From Candidatus Hodarchaeota archaeon (GTDB lineage: Archaea; Asgardarchaeota; Heimdallarchaeia; Hodarchaeales; Hodarchaeaceae): 52,123 nucleotides of DNA. The position numbers and the translations under genes are program-made. The notes under the pieces are model-generated. The model was not told the DNA's origin. It did no database searches and worked only from the letters and a program-made list of their open reading frames with translations. The stretch is taken from positions 1 to 52,123 of the forward strand of contig JAEOTC010000113.1 in assembly GCA_016840035.1 (NCBI GenBank), in the 5' to 3' direction. This document shows, piece after piece, positions 21,116 to 30,945 of this stretch; positions within the stretch are counted from its first letter, which is position 1; each line of letters opens with the position of its first letter.

Positions 21116-21517
21116 TTAAATCATAGACGCAAGTTTTTTAGCTGCTCGTTTCATATCCAAGAGAATTAATCCTAATTTCGCATCTATACGAGCAATTCCC
21201 ACTAGAACAGCATGTTCACCTGAATCTCGAATAATTACAAGCCCATTCGATCCGGTAATGATCACTTGTTCCATGACCCCTCTTTCTAACTCAACCACTA
21301 CTCTTTCTGATAACGACAAGCTAGCTGCAGTCATAGCTGAAATACGATCTTCATCTGTATTGGTGTATAATGCACTAGCTATGGGTAATCCGTCTCTTGT
21401 TACCACAGCGAGGCCTTCTAAGTCGGGGATTCGGCTTTGAACTTCCTTCAGAATTCTTTCGATTTCTGCCAGTCTATCCATAATTTCTGCGTCGTCATTC
21501 TCTAGCAAGTGGTTCAC
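21116..21517 (-). CDS. Roadblock/LC7 domain protein
   Basis: GLAVVTRDGLPIAS, DRISAMTAA, QVIITGSNG, AKLGLILLDMKRAA; alternative start ATG 21481. Confidence 0.92.
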   Translation of the reverse strand: MNHLLENDDAEIMDRLAEIERILKEVQSRIPDLEGLAVVTRDGLPIASALYTNTDEDRISAMTAASLSLSERVVVELERGVMEQVIITGSNGLVIIRDSGEHAVLVGIARIDAKLGLILLDMKRAAKKLASMI

Positions 21518-21847
21518 CTGAATAGCTTAAGTACGATCTATTAGTATCGTTTTTAATGGTTTTGTTATCTTTAAGTATTGCGAAATAATCTCTCTCGATT
21601 TAGGAATTTTTAGACCAAAGCTTTTCAGTCGGTTTTAAGAGAATTTTTATGATATCTTCTGAACTCATAAAGCGTTGCTTCTGATTCTATAGCCTAATCT
21701 ATCTTCTAATATCCACTTGGATAGATATTTTGAACTAATTCTGTTAGAGATGCTTTTTATCGAATACCGAATAGTAGTAATTGGATAGCTTATTAAAAGA
21801 TCCTTCATGGTTCAATTCAATGACAAATTAAATGGAGAGAAATCCAA

Positions 21848-24244
21848 ATGTTTAATTTCCAAATGACAAAACAAGTTTTACCTATTATGTTTATATTCAT
21901 TTTCCTGACATCTATCGTCACCCCCCAAGTCCAAGGTGCTACATCGGACGATAGTGAATCAGTGACTGTTAATTTATCATCCGCTGATCCAAAGAAGGCT
22001 GTAGCACTTGTTCCATCTGCTGATATGCCAAGTGTAACACTTTCTTCATCTCGACCAATTAATATTTCCCATAGGAACATCAATAATCAAGTACTGAAGG
22101 ATTTTTCAGTACCTGATTTAGCTGAAGCCGCGAATGCCTTCCCGTTCAATTATGCCTTCCCCTCCGCGCCTTTTTCTTCAACTGGAGGTATTGATTATAG
22201 TGGTACTAGTTGGTTACTTTTCGATAGCATTTCTTCTGACTCGTATGGAAACTTTCTTGTTTCAACAAATCATTCGGCACTAGCCATTGATGATAACGCA
22301 GATGAATTATTTGAGGTTGATCCCGATTATAATTTTTACTTACAAATATCTGTTGGCTCTGCTGGACCATTATCTATTCGTTTGAATGCCTTTCCAGATC
22401 CAGGAATGGGATCACGCTACGAAGAAATAATGATTCTTGATCCGAATGGAGCACCAGTTCAATATTATAAATATAACGAAGGAGATGATGAATACTTCCT
22501 CTTAGTTGCTGAAAAGAAGGGAAAATACGTAATGCTTATCAAACCAACTGATGAAAAGCTTTTCTTCAACATTCAAACTTCTACATACAAACCTGAGAAG
22601 TTAGAGGTTGAGGATGAGCTAAAATTGCAAATTGTAGGAACTCCAGATTCGCAACTTTCACAGAAGGAAATTGATGATGCAATACTTACCTTTGATTGGT
22701 ATAAATACACACTAGATGCGGGAGATGTTCTTTATCAACATTTTGAGAATATTCGGGGAGTAACATATAATGCTCATTTCGCACCAAATGAAAACAATAC
22801 TGGGTTTATTGGGACTTTTGGATTGAATCAAGCAGAATATTCAAAGCGTTCTGAGTACATGCTAATCATCCATGATGGAACTGCCAGATACTTACTTGGT
22901 GTTGAAAAGCTTACAGCAGAACCGCTTCATTTTGGAGTACTACACCCTGATAAACTCAGAGCTAATGATATGGCCTTTTTTAGTGTTAATGTCTCAACCC
23001 CAGCAAGTGTCCAAATACAAATTACCTCAGAATCAAACGGGGTAACTTTAATCGGTATCTTCGGGTATCCACATCAATCCTATGTGACTTCTTTGTCAGA
23101 TATATTAGGCGAAAACACAAAACTGACTAACGTGTTTATATATGAATCTACTGCCTATATAGTGCTGAAGAATAATCTCCCTGAAGAAGCCTGGTTTGAA
23201 ATTAGGGTTGTTAGAAACAGTGGCTTAACTTCTCGCGAGTTAAAGGATTCTGCAGATATGACTCCTCCGTATGACATCTACACTCCTAATGCATATGTCG
23301 ATTCAGATCTTCTTACGTTCGAAATGCACGAGGATTTACCTGGTGCCACCACTAGTCATATTTTTGAATATAATACCCTATTTTATGAAAAACAATTATT
23401 TTGGGAAGCATTAGTTGGATTCGCCTTCAATGCGAGTAATGATCTCGTTGCTCAACACTCAGGAGAGACCATTCGTCATTATTTAGATCTAAATATGTTT
23501 GGGTTAGCTAATGGAAGACTGATTCACTTGTATCAGGATCAAATCTCGCGCACATACTCGGATAGTGATGATTATAAACAAACTATGCAACCTGTTTCCT
23601 TACCTGTTACTTTTGCAAGTTCAGAAGGACGATATTTCTTTACGGTCGATTCTTACCTTGACAATGGCTCAGTTACCCTTCCTTATGAGAGTTTCTGTTA
23701 TTTTGATATCTTTACATCGGATCCGGAACATTTATCTTACATAGAAGACATTTGGTTTGTTGATAATGTAAATCAAACCAACATTCTTCTAGATCCATCA
23801 GAGGCTCGACAATGGATGATAAAAATACCTGTAGAATGGATGAATTGGACGGACATAGAACTACATTTCACTAATTTCACTTTAGGATCCATACCAGTTA
23901 TTATTCAGAATATTCGAGGTGCTACGTTAAGCAGTTACGAATTTTCCTACCTTGGGCTAACTCAATGGGAGATGCCAAGTGATTATTCCGAAATAGGTAA
24001 TGTAACCACAGGTTTTGGATCTGCTAGTGAAGAAGATTTCGTTTATCTTTATCTCTTCTTAAATCCAATGTATCCTGGAGAACTTTCCTCTTTGAATGTT
24101 ACATTGACACGTATTCCGACACAAATTCTTTTATTGTCAAAAGAAGCAGATCTAGGTGGAAGTGGAGCTCCAGGATTCGAGTGGATTTGGAGTATTTCCA
24201 CTATTGCCTTGATTGTCTTTTTCCTTAGGAAGAAAAGAATTTAG
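21848..24244 (+). CDS. Large secreted cell-surface protein with PGF-CTERM-like anchor
   Basis: Signal peptide, acidic beta-rich body with several N-x-S/T sequons, C-terminal APGF + TM + RKKR; GGAG RBS. Confidence 0.85.
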   Translation: MFNFQMTKQVLPIMFIFIFLTSIVTPQVQGATSDDSESVTVNLSSADPKKAVALVPSADMPSVTLSSSRPINISHRNINNQVLKDFSVPDLAEAANAFPFNYAFPSAPFSSTGGIDYSGTSWLLFDSISSDSYGNFLVSTNHSALAIDDNADELFEVDPDYNFYLQISVGSAGPLSIRLNAFPDPGMGSRYEEIMILDPNGAPVQYYKYNEGDDEYFLLVAEKKGKYVMLIKPTDEKLFFNIQTSTYKPEKLEVEDELKLQIVGTPDSQLSQKEIDDAILTFDWYKYTLDAGDVLYQHFENIRGVTYNAHFAPNENNTGFIGTFGLNQAEYSKRSEYMLIIHDGTARYLLGVEKLTAEPLHFGVLHPDKLRANDMAFFSVNVSTPASVQIQITSESNGVTLIGIFGYPHQSYVTSLSDILGENTKLTNVFIYESTAYIVLKNNLPEEAWFEIRVVRNSGLTSRELKDSADMTPPYDIYTPNAYVDSDLLTFEMHEDLPGATTSHIFEYNTLFYEKQLFWEALVGFAFNASNDLVAQHSGETIRHYLDLNMFGLANGRLIHLYQDQISRTYSDSDDYKQTMQPVSLPVTFASSEGRYFFTVDSYLDNGSVTLPYESFCYFDIFTSDPEHLSYIEDIWFVDNVNQTNILLDPSEARQWMIKIPVEWMNWTDIELHFTNFTLGSIPVIIQNIRGATLSSYEFSYLGLTQWEMPSDYSEIGNVTTGFGSASEEDFVYLYLFLNPMYPGELSSLNVTLTRIPTQILLLSKEADLGGSGAPGFEWIWSISTIALIVFFLRKKRI

Positions 24245-24276
24245 TTTTTCTTTTCTTCAAATCCCTTTTTTTTTTC
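24245..24276 (+). terminator. Oligo-T archaeal-type terminator
   Basis: TTTTTCTTTTCTT and a T10 run immediately after the stop codon. Confidence 0.55.
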
Positions 24277-24419
24277 AGGATCGATTATTTTGAAGACATT
24301 ATCTTACCATATGAGTATTACTTCGCGTTGATTTCAAGCAAGAAATTGATACAAAAATACTTGAAGTTCCTCCTTTGGATGCAGGAATAACTGCTAACAG
24401 AGTTAAAAAAGGAATTCTT

Positions 24420-25202
24420 ATGGAAAACACAACACATTTAGTTCTTGGTCTTGGTGAGGTAGGTACAGCTATTAAAGAGATTATTAAGGATTCAGGAAAT
24501 AAGTTTGACGTTCTTGATATCAACATAAGACCTGAAGAAGGATTATCTTTTGATTTTCTGCATATTTGCTATCCTGATTCGGTTGATTTTACAAAAATAA
24601 CCCAGGAATATACTGATAGATATGCCACTTCCGAATCAATAATCATAATCCATTCGACTATCAATCCTGGTTCAACCCAAGAAATTTCGAATTTTTTTCC
24701 ACGAGTAGCATATAGTCCTATTCGGGGAACACATCCTAATCTTAAACCTTATATTCTTCATTTTCAGAAGTTTGTTGCCACTACTGATCCCTCAGTCGGG
24801 GAAGAAGTCTCAAAATTATTCGAGTATTTCAAAATCCCTGTAACTCTTGTAGTAGAAGATCCTAAATCTCTTGAGTTTGCAAAAAATTTGAATACAACTT
24901 TTTACATGCATTTAATTGTGTTTACGCAAGCTGTTGCGAAATTAGCGAGAGAACAAGATTTGAATTTAGATACAATTACCAAATTCATTGAGTCAACAGG
25001 CGATCGTTGTTTACTACCATACGCTCAAGCTGTAGGAGGCCATTGTCTTATTCCTAATGCCAAAACTCTTTCTCAGTATGTACCCCTGGCCGCATACTTA
25101 GTTGAACATAATGAAAAGTTTGCTACAGAATTTAAAAAGGAAAAAATTCGGTTTAAGGAAGGATCCAAAGATCCCTATTTTCCTAAATGGAAAAGATGCT
25201 AG
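24420..25202 (+). CDS. Short nucleotide-sugar dehydrogenase-like protein (UDP-glucose/GDP-mannose dehydrogenase family, no C-terminal domain)
   Basis: Rossmann GLGEVG, HSTINPG, YSPIRG, EFAK, catalytic GGHCL; ATG 24420 preferred. Confidence 0.8.
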   Translation: MENTTHLVLGLGEVGTAIKEIIKDSGNKFDVLDINIRPEEGLSFDFLHICYPDSVDFTKITQEYTDRYATSESIIIIHSTINPGSTQEISNFFPRVAYSPIRGTHPNLKPYILHFQKFVATTDPSVGEEVSKLFEYFKIPVTLVVEDPKSLEFAKNLNTTFYMHLIVFTQAVAKLAREQDLNLDTITKFIESTGDRCLLPYAQAVGGHCLIPNAKTLSQYVPLAAYLVEHNEKFATEFKKEKIRFKEGSKDPYFPKWKRC

Positions 25203-25342
25203 TGTTGCTGAAATCAGGGTAACGGAAGAAAAGTTTTTCTTTACTTAGAAACTTTCGATTTCAAACCTAAGTCGGAAGTAAGATGGCTGATTATGATAAC
25301 TTCAGTCTTCTCTTCAGATGGTTTTTAAGGAGTGTAACTTAA

Positions 25343-25783
25343 ATGGCAGAAAACAACAAAATGGCTTATTATGTTGGAACATTTGTCTTCGTAATCGTTG
25401 GATACTTCGTACAATTATTCGTGGATGATCTTTTAGAAGATGTACTTCCCACAGAAGCAATTCTTGAAATTTTTACTGTTGTGAGAGTTGATGATATCTT
25501 CTCAGCGATAGTCTGGTTCGTTTTTCTCTTTGTAGTCTACTGGGGTGCTACTTTGTTTATTGATTCTGGTGAAAGAACAGGATTGGCCTCGCTTACTTTC
25601 GTAATTACTCTATTAATAGCTACATTAGCTGCAGTAATAGCTACAATAATCTTTGATTTGATAAACGATTCAAGTGTCACCCTAAACTTCGATTATTTAC
25701 TCGATCAATACTTCTCTATTTTGAGAGATAGTGTGGCACCTGCTGTTGCAGCAACTTTTGGCTATAGTAATAAATCAAGGTAA
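25343..25783 (+). CDS. Uncharacterised membrane protein
   Basis: 3-4 hydrophobic helices; AAGGAG RBS. Confidence 0.75.
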   Translation: MAENNKMAYYVGTFVFVIVGYFVQLFVDDLLEDVLPTEAILEIFTVVRVDDIFSAIVWFVFLFVVYWGATLFIDSGERTGLASLTFVITLLIATLAAVIATIIFDLINDSSVTLNFDYLLDQYFSILRDSVAPAVAATFGYSNKSR

Positions 25784-25826
25784 TTTATCAAACGTTTTCT
25801 CTCTTTTCTTTCGTGGAGATATTTGA

Positions 25827-27011
25827 ATGAAAAATGTAGTAATCGTTGAGGCAGCAAGATCTGCAATTGGTAGTTTTGGGGGTGCATTGAGGGATATACA
25901 TACCCCTGACATTGCAGCAAGTGTAATGAACGGGGTTATTGCCCGAACGGGAATTGAAGATCTTTCAAAACAAATTAATGATGTTCGGTTTGGATGTTGT
26001 GTTGAAGATAATAGATACATGAATGTAACTCGAATTGCATCTCTACGTGCTGGAATTCCTATAGAGGTTCCTGCTGTTACGATCAATCGTGTCTGTACCT
26101 CAGCTATGGAAGCAATTGTCTCGGGTATGCATCAGATTCAAGCTGAGTCAACTAGCGATATAATTTTAGCTGGAGGAGTAGAATCCATGAGTACTATCCC
26201 CTACCTTTCTTACGATATGCGTTGGGGTTCACGCTATTTTGACAAAGTATTTGTTGATGGAGTGATGGAGGGGCTTAAAGCTGGGGGTGATAAACTCATG
26301 GGAATGACAGCAGAGATACTTGCAGAGGAGTATAAGCTGACTAGAGAGGACTTGGATAAGGTTGCATATCGTTCCCATCAGAATGCTCTCAAAGCTATAT
26401 CTTCTGGAAGATTCAAAGATGAAATCATTCCAATAGAGGTAAAATCCCGTAAAGGAGTTACTTCGTTTGAGACTGATGAACATCCAAAAGATTACACTAT
26501 GGAACAATTAGCGAAAATGCGCCCTGTTTTCAAAAAAGATGGTGTTGTAACATCGGGAAATTCTTCAGGAATTAATGATGGGGCAGCTGCAGTCTTACTT
26601 ATGAGTGAAAAGAAAGCTGATGAGTTAGGAATAAAACCACTAGCTAAAATTGTCGGTTATGGTATTGGTGGGGTTGAACCAGACCGTATGGGAATGGGTC
26701 CTGTTCCTGCAACTAAGAATTTATTTTCTAAAGTAACAGATTATTCCTTCGATGATGTCGGTCTTATTGAATTGAATGAAGCTTTCGCAGCTACGTATCT
26801 TGCAGCTGAACGTGAAATGGGATTTGATCGAGAAATTACTAACGTGAATGGATCTGGAATCGGTTTGGGTCACCCTGTAGGTTGTACTGGATCTCGGATT
26901 ACGGTAACTCTTCTGCATGAAATGATCAAACGTCAGGAATCACTTGGTTTGTCCACATTATGTGGTGGGGGTGGACTCGGTATGTCCCTGTTACTCACAC
27001 GAGATGTCTAG
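25827..27011 (+). CDS. Acetyl-CoA C-acyltransferase (thiolase)
   Basis: [41 protein letters not shown]. Confidence 0.95.
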   Translation: MKNVVIVEAARSAIGSFGGALRDIHTPDIAASVMNGVIARTGIEDLSKQINDVRFGCCVEDNRYMNVTRIASLRAGIPIEVPAVTINRVCTSAMEAIVSGMHQIQAESTSDIILAGGVESMSTIPYLSYDMRWGSRYFDKVFVDGVMEGLKAGGDKLMGMTAEILAEEYKLTREDLDKVAYRSHQNALKAISSGRFKDEIIPIEVKSRKGVTSFETDEHPKDYTMEQLAKMRPVFKKDGVVTSGNSSGINDGAAAVLLMSEKKADELGIKPLAKIVGYGIGGVEPDRMGMGPVPATKNLFSKVTDYSFDDVGLIELNEAFAATYLAAEREMGFDREITNVNGSGIGLGHPVGCTGSRITVTLLHEMIKRQESLGLSTLCGGGGLGMSLLLTRDV

Positions 27012-27023
27012 AGAAAGCTGATA

Positions 27024-27800
27024 TTATTGGAAGCGTTTAGCTAAGAATATTGCACTTATAATTAGGGTGAAGATAATAATCAGGACTACAAAAACAGGAA
27101 TATTATCTCCCCCCATAGTTTTTTCATCTGTTGTAGTGAGTAGATGTTCTGCAAGTAGCTCAAAGAAAGTTTGAATTTCGTCATCGAAAATCACAGACAT
27201 CGACCAATTCACAAGCCATCCTGTTGTCATATCTCGTTTTATCAGGAGTCTAACTCGTCCAGAACGCTTACATATGGGAAGAAAGAGAATATCTGCCTCA
27301 GCTGACAATAAAACATGATTTCCTTCAAAACTAACATTGTACGGCTGATTCTCGCTTATCCAATAAGATTGGTTCATTGTTGTTTTAACCACGAATTGAA
27401 AATTAGATATACCGAGAGTATAATTGTCACATCTTTCTTTTTCTGAAATAGAATTATCATAGACAATTTTAATCATAGTATGGTCAGTAATTTCACAACT
27501 TAAGTTTCGTATTTCAACGATAATCCGTGAACCTTTTTCTAAGGTAACTTCAATGAGCTCTCCCTCTTCTGTTGTAATTGGAAATCGTATTTGGTTTTGC
27601 GTATCGCTTTCTGAGTTTGTATGATCATCAAATTCAGTTATTAAATATGTGATTTGGTCACCTATTTCCACTTCCCATTCAGTGTTCAGTATTGCAGAGT
27701 GTACAGAAACCAGAGTCGTCGAAAAAACGAGTAAAAATAGGATAATACCAGTTACATTAGGTTTGCTCTTATTGACCAAGAAAAACCTCTCTGACTGCAT
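27024..27800 (-). CDS. Secreted protein with C-terminal membrane anchor
   Basis: Signal peptide, WEVEIGDQITY, C-terminal TM + KR. Confidence 0.75.
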   Translation of the reverse strand: MQSERFFLVNKSKPNVTGIILFLLVFSTTLVSVHSAILNTEWEVEIGDQITYLITEFDDHTNSESDTQNQIRFPITTEEGELIEVTLEKGSRIIVEIRNLSCEITDHTMIKIVYDNSISEKERCDNYTLGISNFQFVVKTTMNQSYWISENQPYNVSFEGNHVLLSAEADILFLPICKRSGRVRLLIKRDMTTGWLVNWSMSVIFDDEIQTFFELLAEHLLTTTDEKTMGGDNIPVFVVLIIIFTLIISAIFLAKRFQ

Positions 27801-27898
27801 TTCTCAGGGAACTGATACTCTTAAACTTTTATACTCTGAAATTCTCCTTTTTAGAATACAAGTGAGGAAAAGTTCAGTATATGGCTAATATTTTGAAA

Positions 27899-28267
27899 TT
27901 ATTCTTGTGGATCATCCTGGTCCTGTACATCGTGTCGTAAAGACGAAGTTGACTCATCTTGTTTAGAAATGCGGGAAAAATAATCTTTTTCGAAAAACAT
28001 ATCCAATGTAGGACGAGTCTCCCACTCTCTTCTCTTTTTAGGACTGATTTTTGTCAAAACATGAAGATTTCGTGAAGTACTTCGACTGCAATCAAATTGA
28101 ATTTTGAAACAGGCCTTTTCTGGAGAACATTCTCCTTCAAAGTAATACTTTTCGTCAGGATGCTTCTTCAGTTGACCAACTTTTGGGTGACGACAATAAC
28201 ATAGTATTCTTTCTTCGCTTCTATTATTGGTCTTTTCTAGTTCTCTGAAGAATGAATCGAATGGCAT
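27899..28267 (-). CDS. Hypothetical Cys/His-containing protein
   Basis: 122-aa ORF with CYCRH, C-x5-C and a further Cys; no competing ORF. Confidence 0.55.
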   Translation of the reverse strand: MPFDSFFRELEKTNNRSEERILCYCRHPKVGQLKKHPDEKYYFEGECSPEKACFKIQFDCSRSTSRNLHVLTKISPKKRREWETRPTLDMFFEKDYFSRISKQDESTSSLRHDVQDQDDPQE

Positions 28268-28737
28268 TTGAGATAGTCCTATGTGATAGCTACTGTAGTA
28301 AGAACAATATTATTCTTTATTTAAAAATGTATGATTTAAGTCGGCTTAAAAAGTTATTTATTTTCTTTTCACTTTTAGTGATTTGTAATCTCAGGTTTGG
28401 TTCATTGATTGCCTGAGTAGTCATTGATAGGATGACTATTTTGTTTAGAGATTTGAAGTGTGCATTTATCACGATAAATTAGGTTTGAGAAGTAAACACT
28501 GGTTTTAATCCATTGCTATGAGAAGTCTAATTTAAATTTGGGAATGAGTATGGTATCTAAGGAATGCAAGGAAATCCCGCAGTATTCTGATCCTTTTTAA
28601 TTCTATAATTTACCACTCGAAAATGAATCTGTTGAGATTTACTCTTTTATTTTCATGGAAACCATGTGAAATTACGTTCACATTGAATTCGTTCAATATT
28701 GGAATGATACCATTGTAGAGAAATGTAAAGAGAGGAA

Positions 28738-28752
28738 TTCTCAAAACCATTT
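28738..28752. repeat. 15-bp repeat TTCTCAAAACCATTT, copy 1
   Basis: Identical to 30913-30927. Confidence 0.7.
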
Positions 28753-28820
28753 TGATAATTGATATTGGATAATCCAAAAATGAACAAAACTATTTGATGT
28801 GTGCAAATACGTGGATTAAT

Positions 28821-29582
28821 ATGAGTAATTCTCTTTTATCTGGTGGGGCCCATTACGATTTATTGATTAATTGGGAAAAACGTTTAGTAAACGAGATTCC
28901 TTTTTTGAAAAGTCATTTTTCCCATCTATTGACTGCGGAAAGTTGGCTTTTATCTGTTGGCTGTGGAACTGGTCATCATCTGGTTGAACTAAGTAAGAGT
29001 TTTGACTGTAATTTAGTAGGCACAGATCTCGATCCATCTATGATTCTTGAGGCTGAAAAGAAACTTCCTCAAGCTAAATTTATTGTAGGAGACTTTCTCG
29101 ATCAAAATATAATTCGGGAGGGAAAGTTTAATGCGATTTACAGCCTGGGAAATTCCATAGGACTAATTGCTGCCTCAAAATCTTCATTTGAACCTGTTAT
29201 TGAAAAGCTCAGCCAGATTCTTGCACCTAATGGCATACTGATCTTTCAGATATTGAATACAATGAAGGAACGGAACGGTTGGTCTGCTCCAAGAAGCATT
29301 CAGACTTCAGAAGGTGAATTTGTTTTTCTACGTGGTTTTACTACATCTAAACGATTTATCCATCCAGAAATCATAACTCTATTTCGTCCAGTAGATAATT
29401 CTGATTTCGATTTAGTAACTACTGGTAGATCTAATATTCCACGTATAACAGTAAATGAAATGAATCGGATACTGGAACGTGTAGAATTTCGAGATACTGA
29501 GGTATATGGATCTTATAAGCGTGAATCCTTTGATGAGAACTCTTCACTTGATATGATATTTGTATGCCGAAAATCTGGATAG
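28821..29582 (+). CDS. Class I SAM-dependent methyltransferase
   Basis: SVGCGTG, GTDLD, GDF, YSLGNS, LAPNGILI; ATG 28821 preferred, the ORF track begins at 28794. Confidence 0.9.
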   Translation: MSNSLLSGGAHYDLLINWEKRLVNEIPFLKSHFSHLLTAESWLLSVGCGTGHHLVELSKSFDCNLVGTDLDPSMILEAEKKLPQAKFIVGDFLDQNIIREGKFNAIYSLGNSIGLIAASKSSFEPVIEKLSQILAPNGILIFQILNTMKERNGWSAPRSIQTSEGEFVFLRGFTTSKRFIHPEIITLFRPVDNSDFDLVTTGRSNIPRITVNEMNRILERVEFRDTEVYGSYKRESFDENSSLDMIFVCRKSG

Positions 29583-30884
29583 GTGAGAAGTTTCTTAATT
29601 ATTTCAACCGTTGATTATAGTAAAATATTTCCTCATTTATTTCAAGCAAAAATTTCCGATAGAGTCCATCTTTTCTATGATATAGGGGAATTTTTTGATA
29701 AGAAATATTTGTATACTGGGAATTCTCTGAAATCAATTCGTAATCGTCAGTTTAAAGAGCGATTTCCTGATTCTACTTCCCCTAACAAGCTTTTTGAGAT
29801 ATCAGATGACTTCTGTTTTTTGTACCCCTCTAATCCAGGCCAGTACATATTAATGACCGATCGTCATGGAAAAGTACCAATTTTTTTCCAAGAGTCTGAA
29901 GGTGGTTTTACTATAACAACAGATTTGTGTTCTTATTTTAAAAACGATTTTGAACTTCTTGATCCTAGTAAATTCCTATCCATAAATACTGTGAATGATA
30001 TTCTCGAGATTAAAGAAAAAAGTCCTATAGTTGCTGCTTCTACAAGATTTTCAAGGCCGGAATTCATAAACCACCTTGCAAGAGAAAGTGAATCGTCTAT
30101 CAAAAATGCAATAAAAAGTTACAACAAAATTGGGATATTATATTCAGGAGGGGTGGATTCATCGGTTCTTGCTCAAATATTAAAAAAAAACCAAATTAGT
30201 TTTACTGGGTATGTTGTTGGAAGTAATAATTCTCCTGATATAATTTCAGCTCAAAAAGCAGCTAAGTTGTTGAATATAGATTTAAAAGTAATTTTGATAG
30301 ATGAGACAACACTTGAACAAAATTTAGAAGAAATAGAAAGTATCATCCAAACAAGGCTGTTTTCTACCACTACATCAACTGTTCCTAGAGTTGTTTCCCT
30401 TGAAGTAGCTTCTGTTTTGTATTTTGGTATTAAGACTGCATCACTTGATGGTTGTGACGTTGTTTTATCCGCTATAGGAACTGAAGAGATGTTTGTGGGT
30501 TTTTCATTGGAAGATCGTCATCTAGATCGAAGCAAACCACTATTAAATGTTGTTCAGGATAAGATGTTCTCAATCTATACTCGAGACATGTATAGGAATT
30601 ATCGATTGGCTGCCCATTTTGATATCGATGTAAAAACTCCCTTTGTTTCAACAGAGTTATTTCAAATTGCTCTCGCAATTCCTCTAGATCTGAAAGTACA
30701 TAATCAGGTGAAAAAATACATATGGAGACAAACTGGAATAAATCTGGGATTGCCCCCCGAAATTGCATTCAGGAAAAATAAAGCCACCCAATTTGGTAGT
30801 GCTTCTAGCAAGTTATTCGCGAGATTAGCAAAATCACGTGGATATAAATACAAACGAGACTTTATTACCGATTATATAAAATAA
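29583..30884 (+). CDS. Asparagine synthetase-like protein with degenerate glutaminase domain
   Basis: DRHGKVPIFF, PP-loop LYSGGVDSS, KTPF, KKYIWR, KATQFGS; no N-terminal catalytic Cys. Confidence 0.8.
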   Translation: MRSFLIISTVDYSKIFPHLFQAKISDRVHLFYDIGEFFDKKYLYTGNSLKSIRNRQFKERFPDSTSPNKLFEISDDFCFLYPSNPGQYILMTDRHGKVPIFFQESEGGFTITTDLCSYFKNDFELLDPSKFLSINTVNDILEIKEKSPIVAASTRFSRPEFINHLARESESSIKNAIKSYNKIGILYSGGVDSSVLAQILKKNQISFTGYVVGSNNSPDIISAQKAAKLLNIDLKVILIDETTLEQNLEEIESIIQTRLFSTTTSTVPRVVSLEVASVLYFGIKTASLDGCDVVLSAIGTEEMFVGFSLEDRHLDRSKPLLNVVQDKMFSIYTRDMYRNYRLAAHFDIDVKTPFVSTELFQIALAIPLDLKVHNQVKKYIWRQTGINLGLPPEIAFRKNKATQFGSASSKLFARLAKSRGYKYKRDFITDYIK

Positions 30885-30885
30885 G

Positions 30886-30927
30886 AAATGGTTTGAGAAA
30901 CCCCTCTGATATTTCTCAAAACCATTT
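30886..30927. terminator. Long inverted repeat between convergent genes; contains copy 2 of the 15-bp repeat
   Basis: AAATGGTTTGAGAAA-N11-TTTCTCAAAACCATTT, one bulged base. Confidence 0.65.
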
Positions 30928-30945
30928 GGAAAATTTGGTTACAGT

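Noticed and set aside
21116-21517. Functional link between the roadblock protein and the AMP phosphorylases
   Set aside because: The genes are convergent, and roadblock genes are numerous and dispersed in Asgard genomes; no small GTPase partner is adjacent
29583-30884. Lasso-peptide cyclase / RiPP cluster
   Set aside because: No precursor peptide, RRE or transglutaminase-like peptidase nearby; the C-terminus resembles ordinary archaeal AsnB-like proteins
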